In this document: positions 39,790 to 48,909 of the stretch, one piece after another | How the letters are laid out: the number at the start of each line of letters is the position of its first letter | Numbering within the stretch: the stretch's first letter is position 1 | Assembly (NCBI GenBank): GCA_050290185.1 | Contig: JBNKHE010000001.1 | Location: 66,713-130,712, forward strand | DNA length: 64,000 nucleotides | Reading direction: 5' to 3' | Source of the DNA: Pontiella sp. | GTDB taxonomy: Bacteria > Verrucomicrobiota > Kiritimatiellia > Kiritimatiellales > Pontiellaceae | The notes under the pieces: generated by a model | The model's input: only the letters and a program-made list of their open reading frames with translations | What the model was told of the DNA's origin: nothing | Database searches by the model: none | Program-made: the position numbers and the translations under genes

Positions 39790-41228
39790 GCGTCCTTCTC
39801 GCCGAAGACGATAGCTTCGAAGACATTGAACTCGCAACCGGATTGCCAACCGTCGGGCGCGAGGCCGGCCTTCATCGATAAGTGCGTGAGGGTTTCGGCG
39901 AGACCCCATTTTTGTTCGGTAGCCACCTGCGGCAGGAAGACGGCCGAATGCGGGCCTTTGTAGAGCACAATGCCGTGTTTCCCGATTTCGATATCTTCAT
40001 ATGAGCTGACGCGGCGCGGAACCGTGAGCGCCGAGATTTCGATATCGATACCGGGCAGTTCATCCTCGCGAAGCCGGGGAAAGCGAGGATCCTGGAATGC
40101 GGCGTTTACCGCCTGCTCCTTCACCGCCTCGTACAACTCGCGGCGTGGAAATATTTCTCCGATGCACCCTCGCAGTTGGCCGTGCTTGTGCAGCGTGACG
40201 AATGCTCCCATGATCTCCTGCATCGGCGGAGTGATCTCGATGCCGAGATCGGATTCACCATCCCGCAACTGTGTGGCAATGCAATGCCGGGCGAGCCGCA
40301 AAAGTCCGATCTTGTCGGATTCGGATAATTCATTCTCCCTGTCACAGTGCTTCCCGTCGGTGCAGACCGATGGCCAATGGCCGGTGACGGCGGCAGAGAC
40401 ATAACTGACGCAGTGCGCCCAGTCGCCGGTGAGGTTGCCGGAGGTATCGTATTTCAGCAACTGGACAGTGGCATCCTTCGGCAGCATGGCCAGCAGAACG
40501 GCGATCGGACTGCGACCACAGATGGTTGCACGCGTTTCTTGAACATACTGAAGGAAGCCGGAAAGATTTTTTTCTTCAATCCGCTGGAAAGCGCCCATGT
40601 CGAGATCCCTGAGGTTGCTCTGGATATCATCATTGAACGGCACATAATCGAATCCATGTCCGTAGTGGGTGAAGTCCGAGCTAATGACCACGAGCGTTTC
40701 CGAATCCATGTTTTCGCGCAAGATCCGGGCGATATGCCGGACACTGGTTTCGTCCAGCTCCCCGCATACAATCGGCACCAGCTTGAAATCGTGCAGGGCG
40801 CGCTGAAGAAATGGAAGCTCGATTTGCACACTGTGTTCATGGCTGTGGGCGGCCGCATGCGATTGAAAGTGCTCGTCTTCCCACAGCCGCAGCATAAGTT
40901 CCCGGTCCAGTTCAATGCGGCCAAGCGGGGTTTCGACAAAATCCACATCGGGAATACTCACGGAATCCAGCAGCGCCATCCGGTGGCTGGGCCCAATCAC
41001 GATGACACGGGTGAATGAACGGCCGACGATGAGCTTGACCCCATTTGCGGCAACCATACCGGAGTACCGGTAGCTGGCATGCGGAAGCAGGAGGGCGAGG
41101 ACATTCTGCTGGACTTGTACATCAACCGCATCGAGATATACATCGATTTCGCGGGCTAGGCGCTTGGAATCTTCAGGGTACCAAATGCCCGCAAGCTCGG
41201 ACCTCAACACACTGGCTCCTTTATCCAT
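39786..41228 (-). CDS. AmmeMemoRadiSam protein B (MEMO1) fused to protein A (AMMECR1)
   Basis: AG.WYP, PHA.Y.YSG, GPSH, EHS..IELPFLQ, SSDFTHY, TICG; then GAFVTL...LRGCIG, DPRF, IEISAL, FLPQV, L..KAG. Confidence 0.93.
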   Translation of the reverse strand: MDKGASVLRSELAGIWYPEDSKRLAREIDVYLDAVDVQVQQNVLALLLPHASYRYSGMVAANGVKLIVGRSFTRVIVIGPSHRMALLDSVSIPDVDFVETPLGRIELDRELMLRLWEDEHFQSHAAAHSHEHSVQIELPFLQRALHDFKLVPIVCGELDETSVRHIARILRENMDSETLVVISSDFTHYGHGFDYVPFNDDIQSNLRDLDMGAFQRIEEKNLSGFLQYVQETRATICGRSPIAVLLAMLPKDATVQLLKYDTSGNLTGDWAHCVSYVSAAVTGHWPSVCTDGKHCDRENELSESDKIGLLRLARHCIATQLRDGESDLGIEITPPMQEIMGAFVTLHKHGQLRGCIGEIFPRRELYEAVKEQAVNAAFQDPRFPRLREDELPGIDIEISALTVPRRVSSYEDIEIGKHGIVLYKGPHSAVFLPQVATEQKWGLAETLTHLSMKAGLAPDGWQSGCEFNVFEAIVFGEKDA

Positions 41229-41344
41229 AACGCATTACTCCCAATATATTTGCCAGTATAGACAACAGCAGGAAGTTCCGCAATATTCCATTGTGAAAAA
41301 TCTTTCCATTGCGCCAAAGAAGCAATCGTCCTAATCTTTAATAC

Positions 41345-42151
41345 ATGATTAAAAAAGTACTTACCCTCTTATTGACAATCCTTGGCATAATCTACTTATT
41401 CCTCAACCTGTATGCATTTATCGTTTCAGACCGACTTATATTTGCCCCGCGTATACCGAGCTACACCCACCTGCCGAACGAGTTTAAGATCGCATCCGGG
41501 GATGGCGAAATCACGGCGGTCTACCTGAAAAAACCCAACGCGGAGTACACCATCCTTTTCAGCCACGGCAATGCCGAGGATCTAGGCCATGTGGTCCCCT
41601 TCATGCAGTCGTTTTACGACTTGGGATATTCGGTGCTGATGTACGACTACCGAGGCTACGGCACGAGCGCGGGTCAACCTTCCACCGTCCACGCCAAACA
41701 GGATGCCGTCGCCGCCTACAACTGGCTGGTCCAAGAGCAGAAGATCCATCCCGGAAAGATTATTTCCCAAGGACGCTCTCTCGGCGGCGGCGTAGCCGTC
41801 TGGCTGGCGGCAAAGCACGAGGTCGGCGGGCTCGTTACCGAAATATCATTCACCTCGGCCTTCCGCGTGAAAACCCGGTGGAAGATGCTGCCATGGGATA
41901 AGTTCGACAGCCTCAGATCGATCCGTCATGTCCATTGTCCCGTACTTGTCATCCACGGCACAGACGACGTTAAAGTCCCCTTCTGGCATGGACAGAAAGT
42001 CTATAATGCCGCCCGGGAACCCAAGCGGCATCTCTGGATCGAGGGCGGTAGGCATTCCACCTATGCATATGTCGACGAAGCGGCCTATCGCGCATCGGTC
42101 GTGTCGTTTCTTGAACTCGTTTCTGAATACCAAAGCAATAGAGTTGAATAG
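41345..42151 (+). CDS. Alpha/beta hydrolase (ABHD17-like)
   Basis: LFSHGNAEDLG, YDYRGYG.S.G.P, GRSLGG, IHGTDD. Confidence 0.9.
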   Translation: MIKKVLTLLLTILGIIYLFLNLYAFIVSDRLIFAPRIPSYTHLPNEFKIASGDGEITAVYLKKPNAEYTILFSHGNAEDLGHVVPFMQSFYDLGYSVLMYDYRGYGTSAGQPSTVHAKQDAVAAYNWLVQEQKIHPGKIISQGRSLGGGVAVWLAAKHEVGGLVTEISFTSAFRVKTRWKMLPWDKFDSLRSIRHVHCPVLVIHGTDDVKVPFWHGQKVYNAAREPKRHLWIEGGRHSTYAYVDEAAYRASVVSFLELVSEYQSNRVE

Positions 42152-43602
42152 TCCACCAGCATCGATGCTGCCCCTTTGACCTCAAACTGAAAGCATGCGT
42201 TCCCTCTAAAGGGTAAAGCATCCATCAGATGGTACCGATACATGGATACCATGGATAGCGTCTCGCTGGTCTGCCCGCGCAGGGGATGCTGAAACGAATC
42301 ATCAGAGCACCACGCGCAGCCGAAATAGTCCTCGCTGCCCGTCCCACGCCAGGCGGGAATATTGGTATTATCCAGCCCTATGACGGGATCCCCTTCGCCC
42401 CACCATCCATCCCCGTGATTCACGACATTCAGGATACATCCAACAATTTTCCCAGAACCCTTTATCTCGGCCAATGTTAAAGATTCCGCGCTGTTAACCA
42501 GTAGATTCGGGCGAGAAGAATACCGTCCTCCAAATCTAGTCCGGCTTTTGCATCCTGCAACCATGGAAACTGCGACCTTTACCGGCATACTCCGATCACT
42601 CCGGTTCACCAACTTAACCATGGCGCCATCGTTAAACGGCATTGGCCAGCGTATTATCACGGTGGAACGCTTAACCGAAACCGGAATGGAAGAGACATCG
42701 CCCATCTTTCCCGATACGCCGCATAGCATGCTCAACGGGCATGTCAATGCGGGCATGGACTCCTGGTCCCAGTACATTTCAACATCTAGTTCGGAAAGAT
42801 CCCGCTTGGATTGTGCCGTGATTTTGAGGCACCGAATCATTCCCGCGCCTGCCGTCAGAAAAGCTTTGCATGAAGTGCCGGGAGCCAGTTCTCCCACAAA
42901 GGAGTCCTTCAAAACCGGTGAGAGAGGGTTCAGCCATTGTTTCGCAATTTTCCGCAACGCCTGTTTTCTTTCCGGTTCCTGCTTTAAATGGAATGCAGCA
43001 ATATCACGATCTGTTTCGATCGAGTTCCAGGCAATCTGGTAAAATAAAGATCCCAACTCTGCTTTGGATTTCGCGCGCACTGAAACCCGGCAGGATGTTG
43101 CATGAAAAATCGGAAAATGCAGGTTGAAGCCCTCTGCGGTTCGAGCGGCGAAGGGATAGCGCACAGGCAGCCATTCACCAGCCAAAAATAATGAAAATGG
43201 ATATACGGTTCGAACCCCGTCAATGTCCAAAACAAGATCGCCAACGGGATTGGCCGACCACATCCACGTGATCGCTCCCGGCCCATTCATTTCAGCCAGC
43301 ACACCTTCCACCCCGCCGGGCACTTCTTCGATTCGAAGAAATGAGCCATGATCAAAATCCCCGGAAGTTTCTGGTGCATAACCGATCAAGGTTGCCTTGT
43401 CGTCGGTAGCGGCACTCGAGAATAGGTGCGACGCCCCCAAAACCCTGCTATCGGGCAACTGGCTCAAATCGGGGATGCAAGCAAGGAGGTCCATAGCCGA
43501 AAGCTGCTCATCGCACAGACTCGGCGGGGCTTTGTCCTTGCTGTCGCACGCACATAATCCCCCCATTGCCACCACGACCAAAGCAATAAAGGCAGGGCGC
43601 AT
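42085..43602 (-). CDS. DUF2961/GH172-like putative glycoside hydrolase lipoprotein
   Basis: Lipoprotein-like N-terminus; GPGAITWMWSANP, WPMPF, WWGEGD, GTGSEDYFG.AW, YRYH..D..PF. Confidence 0.78.
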   Translation of the reverse strand: MRPAFIALVVVAMGGLCACDSKDKAPPSLCDEQLSAMDLLACIPDLSQLPDSRVLGASHLFSSAATDDKATLIGYAPETSGDFDHGSFLRIEEVPGGVEGVLAEMNGPGAITWMWSANPVGDLVLDIDGVRTVYPFSLFLAGEWLPVRYPFAARTAEGFNLHFPIFHATSCRVSVRAKSKAELGSLFYQIAWNSIETDRDIAAFHLKQEPERKQALRKIAKQWLNPLSPVLKDSFVGELAPGTSCKAFLTAGAGMIRCLKITAQSKRDLSELDVEMYWDQESMPALTCPLSMLCGVSGKMGDVSSIPVSVKRSTVIIRWPMPFNDGAMVKLVNRSDRSMPVKVAVSMVAGCKSRTRFGGRYSSRPNLLVNSAESLTLAEIKGSGKIVGCILNVVNHGDGWWGEGDPVIGLDNTNIPAWRGTGSEDYFGCAWCSDDSFQHPLRGQTSETLSMVSMYRYHLMDALPFRGNACFQFEVKGAASMLVDYSTLLLWYSETSSRNDTTDAR

Positions 43603-43604
43603 CG

Positions 43605-43940
43605 CTAAACCAGCACCCCAAAGTAGGTCACGACCAGGTCGGTCCGGCCGGTGTTGACAATTTCATGGACATCACCGGCCTCGACCAGCACCACCGTTCC
43701 GGCGGCAAAGACATAGGCGACATCGTTGATGCGGATTTCGCCGCACCCGGACTCCACCGTAAAAACTTCGGCCATGTCGTTGTGCAAATGGCTTCCGGCC
43801 TTCTCCCCCGGAGGAAACACGGCGCGGGCATAGTTGGTGATCGCCCCCAACTCTCCGTTGGCGAGAATCTCGCGTTTGCGGATGCGCGCATTGTGCGACA
43901 CACCCTTGTCAGGCAGCTCGTTGATTTTGATCAGTTTCAT
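43605..43940 (-). CDS. Cupin domain protein
   Basis: HLH.DMAEVF.V.SG.G...GDVHEI.N.G. Confidence 0.88.
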   Translation of the reverse strand: MKLIKINELPDKGVSHNARIRKREILANGELGAITNYARAVFPPGEKAGSHLHNDMAEVFTVESGCGEIRINDVAYVFAAGTVVLVEAGDVHEIVNTGRTDLVVTYFGVLV

Positions 43941-43947
43941 AGCCGAA

Positions 43948-44487
43948 TCAGGAGTTACTTGGTACCGGAATAAGCGAACTATACAATCGACTCGAATCAG
44001 AATCAAAGAATTCCAGATCCTCGAGACGGTAAAATCGTTGATAATAGCCGGAAAAGATCCGCATCTGATCAAGATCAATGTAGGGCGTCCCGGGGATTAC
44101 CGTCCCTTGATCCCTCAGGAAATATATTCTTCCATCCTGCCTCCGGATTCTGGGTTGCTTCCACTTGTGATCGTCCCCATCAATCAACACCCAGGCTTTC
44201 TTTCCATCACTGTTGCGCTCCACCTCGAAATAGGAATCGTAGAAGTCCACGCCCGGTTTTTGAATGACCGTTATCCTATACATAGGCAAATCCACCGGCA
44301 GACTCATGCTCCAACCACGAAGGCCATCGTACTGCCAGACAAGAAACTCCCGCATGGTCCAATACGCCGGAAGCGACAGGAACACCAGCATCAAACCGGG
44401 GATGATTACCTTTCTCCATTTCAACCCCATCAACAAAAGAACGGCTCCAACGGGAAGGAGCAGCAAACCAAGAAAAACCACACTCAC
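43948..44487 (-). CDS. Hypothetical membrane-anchored protein
   Basis: GTGA overlap with the upstream stop; two N-terminal hydrophobic segments. Confidence 0.65.
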   Translation of the reverse strand: MSVVFLGLLLLPVGAVLLLMGLKWRKVIIPGLMLVFLSLPAYWTMREFLVWQYDGLRGWSMSLPVDLPMYRITVIQKPGVDFYDSYFEVERNSDGKKAWVLIDGDDHKWKQPRIRRQDGRIYFLRDQGTVIPGTPYIDLDQMRIFSGYYQRFYRLEDLEFFDSDSSRLYSSLIPVPSNS

Positions 44488-45191
44488 ACCATCTCCAATG
44501 CGTTGATTATGGATTCCAGCCAAAGTAGCTTTTTGGACTGCAGCATGGGGCTTGGGTGCGCATTAAGCAGCGGATGCACTTCGGAAGATACCGTGCATAC
44601 CGGTTCTCCATCCAGCCGCTTCATGCACTGTTCGGCGAGCGGAATCAAACCGGGATCCTGACCCCACCCCAGCAGAACCGGAGTGTTTCCCTGCCGTTTA
44701 AGCGAATGCGCCCGCTCGGTCGTACGTTCGGCGCAAAACATACTGTGGACATGCCCCCCCATGATGCCGGACAGGGCATCCACCTTCTGCAGGAAACTCC
44801 CGGATTTTGGATCACGCAGGTCGGATAGGTTGAGTATGCGGATATGCTTCCATCCCTGTCGGACCGCCACGCGCATCACCTGATACTGCGTATTATCGGG
44901 CTGGGTCAGAACCAGTTTTTTCCGCATGGAAGATCCGGTCCGGGGATATTCGATTTCATCGTCCATGTGGTAGATATCCTTGGGATGCGAAGAGCCCGGA
45001 TTCATCATGACCACCACCACGTCCGGCTCCCTCTCGGATATAGCGGATGGATCCTCCTGAGAAATAGAAGCATCAACGATCTCCAGCACACTTCTGCACT
45101 TGGCCCGTTCGCCATTCATCAGCACGAGCTCATAGAAATGGCCGTAGCAGGTAAACTTTTTCTTCAATTCCGCTGCGTATAAAAATTCCAT
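44484..45191 (-). CDS. DUF1643-like protein
   Basis: VVVMMNPGSS, PD.TQYQV, ILNLSD, LGWG, HPSP. Confidence 0.7.
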   Translation of the reverse strand: MEFLYAAELKKKFTCYGHFYELVLMNGERAKCRSVLEIVDASISQEDPSAISEREPDVVVVMMNPGSSHPKDIYHMDDEIEYPRTGSSMRKKLVLTQPDNTQYQVMRVAVRQGWKHIRILNLSDLRDPKSGSFLQKVDALSGIMGGHVHSMFCAERTTERAHSLKRQGNTPVLLGWGQDPGLIPLAEQCMKRLDGEPVCTVSSEVHPLLNAHPSPMLQSKKLLWLESIINALEMV

Positions 45192-45324
45192 GTTTAATCC
45201 GGTTTTCGTCACCCTATTCGTACAGTCCGCGTCCCAATCATCGGGAAAGAGGCCGCTATTTTATGCTTTCTGCGGCTTAAAATACAAATTATCTTGAATG
45301 CGTTAAATCGAAACCGGGGTTTCT

Positions 45325-46242
45325 ATGCATGTTGTAATCGATATCCTCGCGGCAATTCTCCTGCTGTTTTTCTTCCTTTCAGGATGGCACAAGGGGCTTC
45401 TGCTTGCATCACTGGGAGTTGCACGCGTGATTCTGGCCTATGGAATGGCCTATTTTGCGGGGCGCTATCTGGGCTGCTGGCTGGGCGAAGTGCTCTACCG
45501 TCCGCGCATTGTTATGATGCCGGTTGCCGCTGGCCTCACTTTTGTCCTCATCACGTTCGGTTTCTACATCGTCATGTTGAAGGTGCGGGAGAAACACCGG
45601 ACCAAGAAGGAAAAAGAGGAACACTTCCATCTGCCATACTACAGTTGCTTGCTAGGCGGACTGGTGAGTGTGGCCGTCGGCCTGCTTTCCATGGTTTTTG
45701 TCTTCTGGCTGAGCGACCTGTTCCTGACCGGCATTTCCGGACGGGGCATTCCCGGAGCTGATCAATCGTTTTTCGGTCGCTTCTCCCGTCGAGCCACCTA
45801 TGAAGCCGTCTACATGGTGACGACCCGGCCTGGCCGGGAATCCCAAGCGGCCGCCACGGCTAGGGTGATCAGTGAACCCGCCAAAGGACTCGGCCACCTG
45901 CAACGCGTACTTGAAGCCGATTCCGTCCGGCTGTTGCTTACGGACCGGCAACTTGCAGAAGACCTGCTCAGCGGCGATGCGGAACGGATTCAGCAGAACG
46001 AATCGATGCAGCGACTGTTCAATGACCATGAGATACGTGCAGAGCTCCAGGAACTCGGAATCCTGTCTCGCCACGAAACCGAAGAAAGCTTCTGCGAAAA
46101 ACTGTCCCGCTTCGGACAGAATGAAAACATCCAGGCCAGCCTTCAGAACCTCAAGGCCCGCGACATGCTGCGCACGGATCAAATACTGTCGCTCGTCCGC
46201 GACCCCGAGTTCGACATTATCGTGGCCGAAGTCGTAAAATAA
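45325..46242 (+). CDS. CvpA family membrane protein
   Basis: IDIL...LL.FF..G..KGL N-terminus, four TMs and a soluble C-terminus. Confidence 0.7.
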   Translation: MHVVIDILAAILLLFFFLSGWHKGLLLASLGVARVILAYGMAYFAGRYLGCWLGEVLYRPRIVMMPVAAGLTFVLITFGFYIVMLKVREKHRTKKEKEEHFHLPYYSCLLGGLVSVAVGLLSMVFVFWLSDLFLTGISGRGIPGADQSFFGRFSRRATYEAVYMVTTRPGRESQAAATARVISEPAKGLGHLQRVLEADSVRLLLTDRQLAEDLLSGDAERIQQNESMQRLFNDHEIRAELQELGILSRHETEESFCEKLSRFGQNENIQASLQNLKARDMLRTDQILSLVRDPEFDIIVAEVVK

Positions 46243-46245
46243 GAA

Positions 46246-46650
46246 TCACTCCCCTGGCTGGATCCGGCCGCGCAGTTTCTTCTTTTCCCCCTGCTTGGAT
46301 TTTGCATCCAGCATACGCGCCTTGGCCCGGCGGGAACGCCGGCGCTTTTGGCGGCGGATCTTTTCCATGGCCTGCTTCTTTGCGCTTTTTTCGCCCAGCA
46401 CCTTTTCTTCGATACGCTCGCAGAGTTCGCGACGGGCCCAGTAGCGGTTGTCGGCCTGCGACCGGGTCTGCTGGCAACGGATCTCGATGCCGCTGGGCCG
46501 GTGGATCAATTGCACGCAGGAAGAGGTCTTGTTGATCTTCTGCCCTCCCTTGCCGGAACCGCGGATGAAATGTTCATCAAGGTCTTCATCCCGAATGCCG
46601 AGCCCGTCCATACGTCCTCGCAGCTTGTCCTGTTTTTCCTGCGTAATCAT
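46246..46650 (-). CDS. ArfB/YaeJ-like peptidyl-tRNA hydrolase (stand-alone GGQ domain)
   Basis: FIRGSGKGGQKINK, RSQ..NR, long basic C-tail. Confidence 0.88.
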   Translation of the reverse strand: MITQEKQDKLRGRMDGLGIRDEDLDEHFIRGSGKGGQKINKTSSCVQLIHRPSGIEIRCQQTRSQADNRYWARRELCERIEEKVLGEKSAKKQAMEKIRRQKRRRSRRAKARMLDAKSKQGEKKKLRGRIQPGE

Positions 46651-46720
46651 CCGGGCATCTTATGCAATCCAGCCCTCTTTTCGCAATTGATTTAAATCCT
46701 CCGCCCCATAAGATGTCGCG

Positions 46721-47542
46721 ATGGATCTAACTGCCATCAATCCGAATCTCGTAAACAGCATTGTAGCCACCTTCCTGTTTGGCTCGATCTACTCCAGCAT
46801 CCTGCTTTTCATCTACAGCAGAAAATGCGCGGTAAAGCGCGAAACCCTGTTGCGGAAAATCACGCAGCGCGGCTGGACCGGCGGACAGGTGGGCGTGCTA
46901 CTGACCGGATTCATAGGTCTGATGATCCTGATACCACTGCTATACTCGCTGCTTGGGGGCGATGGCAGTCCGCTGTGGCGCCTGATCCTCACCCTGCTGT
47001 ACTGCACATCGCAGCTTACCATGCTGATCCTTCTCGGCCGGATCAGAAAAAGCACTTGGGCCAGGGATTTTGGCATGAATGCGCGCTCGGCAAAATGGAT
47101 TCCTCTTTCTTTGGCCATGTATCTGGCCCTTGCCCCCGTGCTCGGGATCGCATCACTGGTTTGCAACAGGATACTGGAACAGCTGTTCGGAATAGAGGTG
47201 GATGAACAGGACGTGGCCCAGCTTATTATGCAAAGTAAGGCATGGATCAGGGTGGGCTTCATCCTGCTGGCCGTGATTGTGGCACCGCTATACGAAGAAC
47301 TGATCTTTCGCGGTGTATTCTTTCCCTACCTGATCCGGCGTATCGGGCTCTATCCAGCCCTGTTCGTCGTATCGGCTGCATTCGCGGCGATCCATTTTCA
47401 TCTACCATCGTTTGCACCGCTGTTCCTGCTGTCGATTGCCCTGTGTCTCGCCTACTGGAGAACGGGTTCGCTTTGGACGAGCATCGGACTGCACGCGCTT
47501 TCTAACAGCGTAGCCATCCTGATCCTCTGCGCGAGCACATAG
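46721..47542 (+). CDS. CPBP/Abi family intramembrane protease
   Basis: APLYEELIFRG, FAAIH, HALSN. Confidence 0.9.
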   Translation: MDLTAINPNLVNSIVATFLFGSIYSSILLFIYSRKCAVKRETLLRKITQRGWTGGQVGVLLTGFIGLMILIPLLYSLLGGDGSPLWRLILTLLYCTSQLTMLILLGRIRKSTWARDFGMNARSAKWIPLSLAMYLALAPVLGIASLVCNRILEQLFGIEVDEQDVAQLIMQSKAWIRVGFILLAVIVAPLYEELIFRGVFFPYLIRRIGLYPALFVVSAAFAAIHFHLPSFAPLFLLSIALCLAYWRTGSLWTSIGLHALSNSVAILILCAST

Positions 47543-47553
47543 ACCGGCAGCAG

Positions 47554-48852
47554 TTAACTAAACGTCGTCAAGCCGGCGATGGCCGCACCAACCACGGGAG
47601 CATCATCCACCTGTACGCAACGAATGTGCAGACCGCGCGCATCGAGCATTCGCTTCAAATGCATCTGCACCTGATCCGCTAAACCAAAGGTCTTATAGTA
47701 GGTCGAACCGTCAATGTTGACGCAAACCGGCTGTTCGGTATCCTGCCCCGCACCGCCTTTAACCACCGCCGCGAGAATGTTCACCGCCGTCAGCAAGGCG
47801 GCCCGGTCGACCACCGCTCCAAAAACGGTTTTCATGATTTCCCGGTCGGCATCGGTAAAGGCTTCGGTTCCCAGCACCCCCGTATCACGGCCATTGCCGG
47901 CGGCGAGGTTGTCGATATGGATCGTAGACAGATCCTTCATGATAGAAACAGCCGCGCCACCGCTACTGGAAAAAGCCCCCTCCGTCGCCAAGGCCTGCAA
48001 CAACTCCAAGGTGATCGAACCCATGTAAACGCCTGAAATCATCTTCTCGAAAACATGCCCGCCCGGATTCTCACTGCGCTCATCCAGCTGCAGATCAAAC
48101 GGACCTCGTTTAATGGCGGAAAAACCGCCGGACTCGACATTGATCACTTGCGAACCGGATGTAATGTAGCCATCAAGCTTGCCAATGTTTTCATTCCGCT
48201 CCACATAGGCGGTATTTGTGCCGGTACCCAGAATAAAGCCGACATAGGACGAAGCATTAAACTGCTGCCCCTGCGCCAGTCCGGCAAGCAGACAGGCCAC
48301 CGTGTCATTCAGGATCACCACTTTTTTTCCGGAAATTCCGCGTTTTTCCAGCGCCGTGATGAGCCCCTCTCCAATATGCGCTCCCACCAGCTCGGGAATC
48401 TTGATTTCCTTGGTCCAGTGCAGGAGGCGGCCGTCGAATCCCGGCGTAATCGTAGCGGGATAGGAAAAGCAGAATCCGATATTGTCGAACTCGTCTTTCA
48501 GGGGTTCCAGGGCATCCGCCAGCACCCGGTAGAATTCATCAGCGCTGATTTCATGATCGCGACCGGGCATCGGTTGTTTGCTGAAGCTGAAAAGTTCGAT
48601 TTGGCCTGATTCATTGAATTGCGCCATACAGATGCGCAGATTCGTTCCGCCGGCGTCGATAACAGCCACCGGTTTTCCAACCGGGACAATTCCGGCTGTA
48701 CCCACGTATGCGGGGATCATGGAAAGCGAGCTGGACTCCCCGTTGAGCCCTTTTTCCATCTCCTCCATAAAACCGGCCAGCAGGGCGTCGGCCTCATAGG
48801 CCTCCGCCGCCACCCTCTGATCCTTCAGCCATGATTTGATATCCATTGTCAT
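47554..48852 (-). CDS. Hexokinase (eukaryote-type fold)
   Basis: IDAGGTNLR, GFCFSYP, WTKE, LNDT, ILGTGTN, NVESG, FEKMISG.YMG, DGS. Confidence 0.9.
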   Translation of the reverse strand: MTMDIKSWLKDQRVAAEAYEADALLAGFMEEMEKGLNGESSSLSMIPAYVGTAGIVPVGKPVAVIDAGGTNLRICMAQFNESGQIELFSFSKQPMPGRDHEISADEFYRVLADALEPLKDEFDNIGFCFSYPATITPGFDGRLLHWTKEIKIPELVGAHIGEGLITALEKRGISGKKVVILNDTVACLLAGLAQGQQFNASSYVGFILGTGTNTAYVERNENIGKLDGYITSGSQVINVESGGFSAIKRGPFDLQLDERSENPGGHVFEKMISGVYMGSITLELLQALATEGAFSSSGGAAVSIMKDLSTIHIDNLAAGNGRDTGVLGTEAFTDADREIMKTVFGAVVDRAALLTAVNILAAVVKGGAGQDTEQPVCVNIDGSTYYKTFGLADQVQMHLKRMLDARGLHIRCVQVDDAPVVGAAIAGLTTFS

Positions 48853-48909
48853 CCCCCCTCCTTGAAAAGCTGGCATTGATACACCCCGGCGTATTCCGGT
48901 GCAAGCCCC

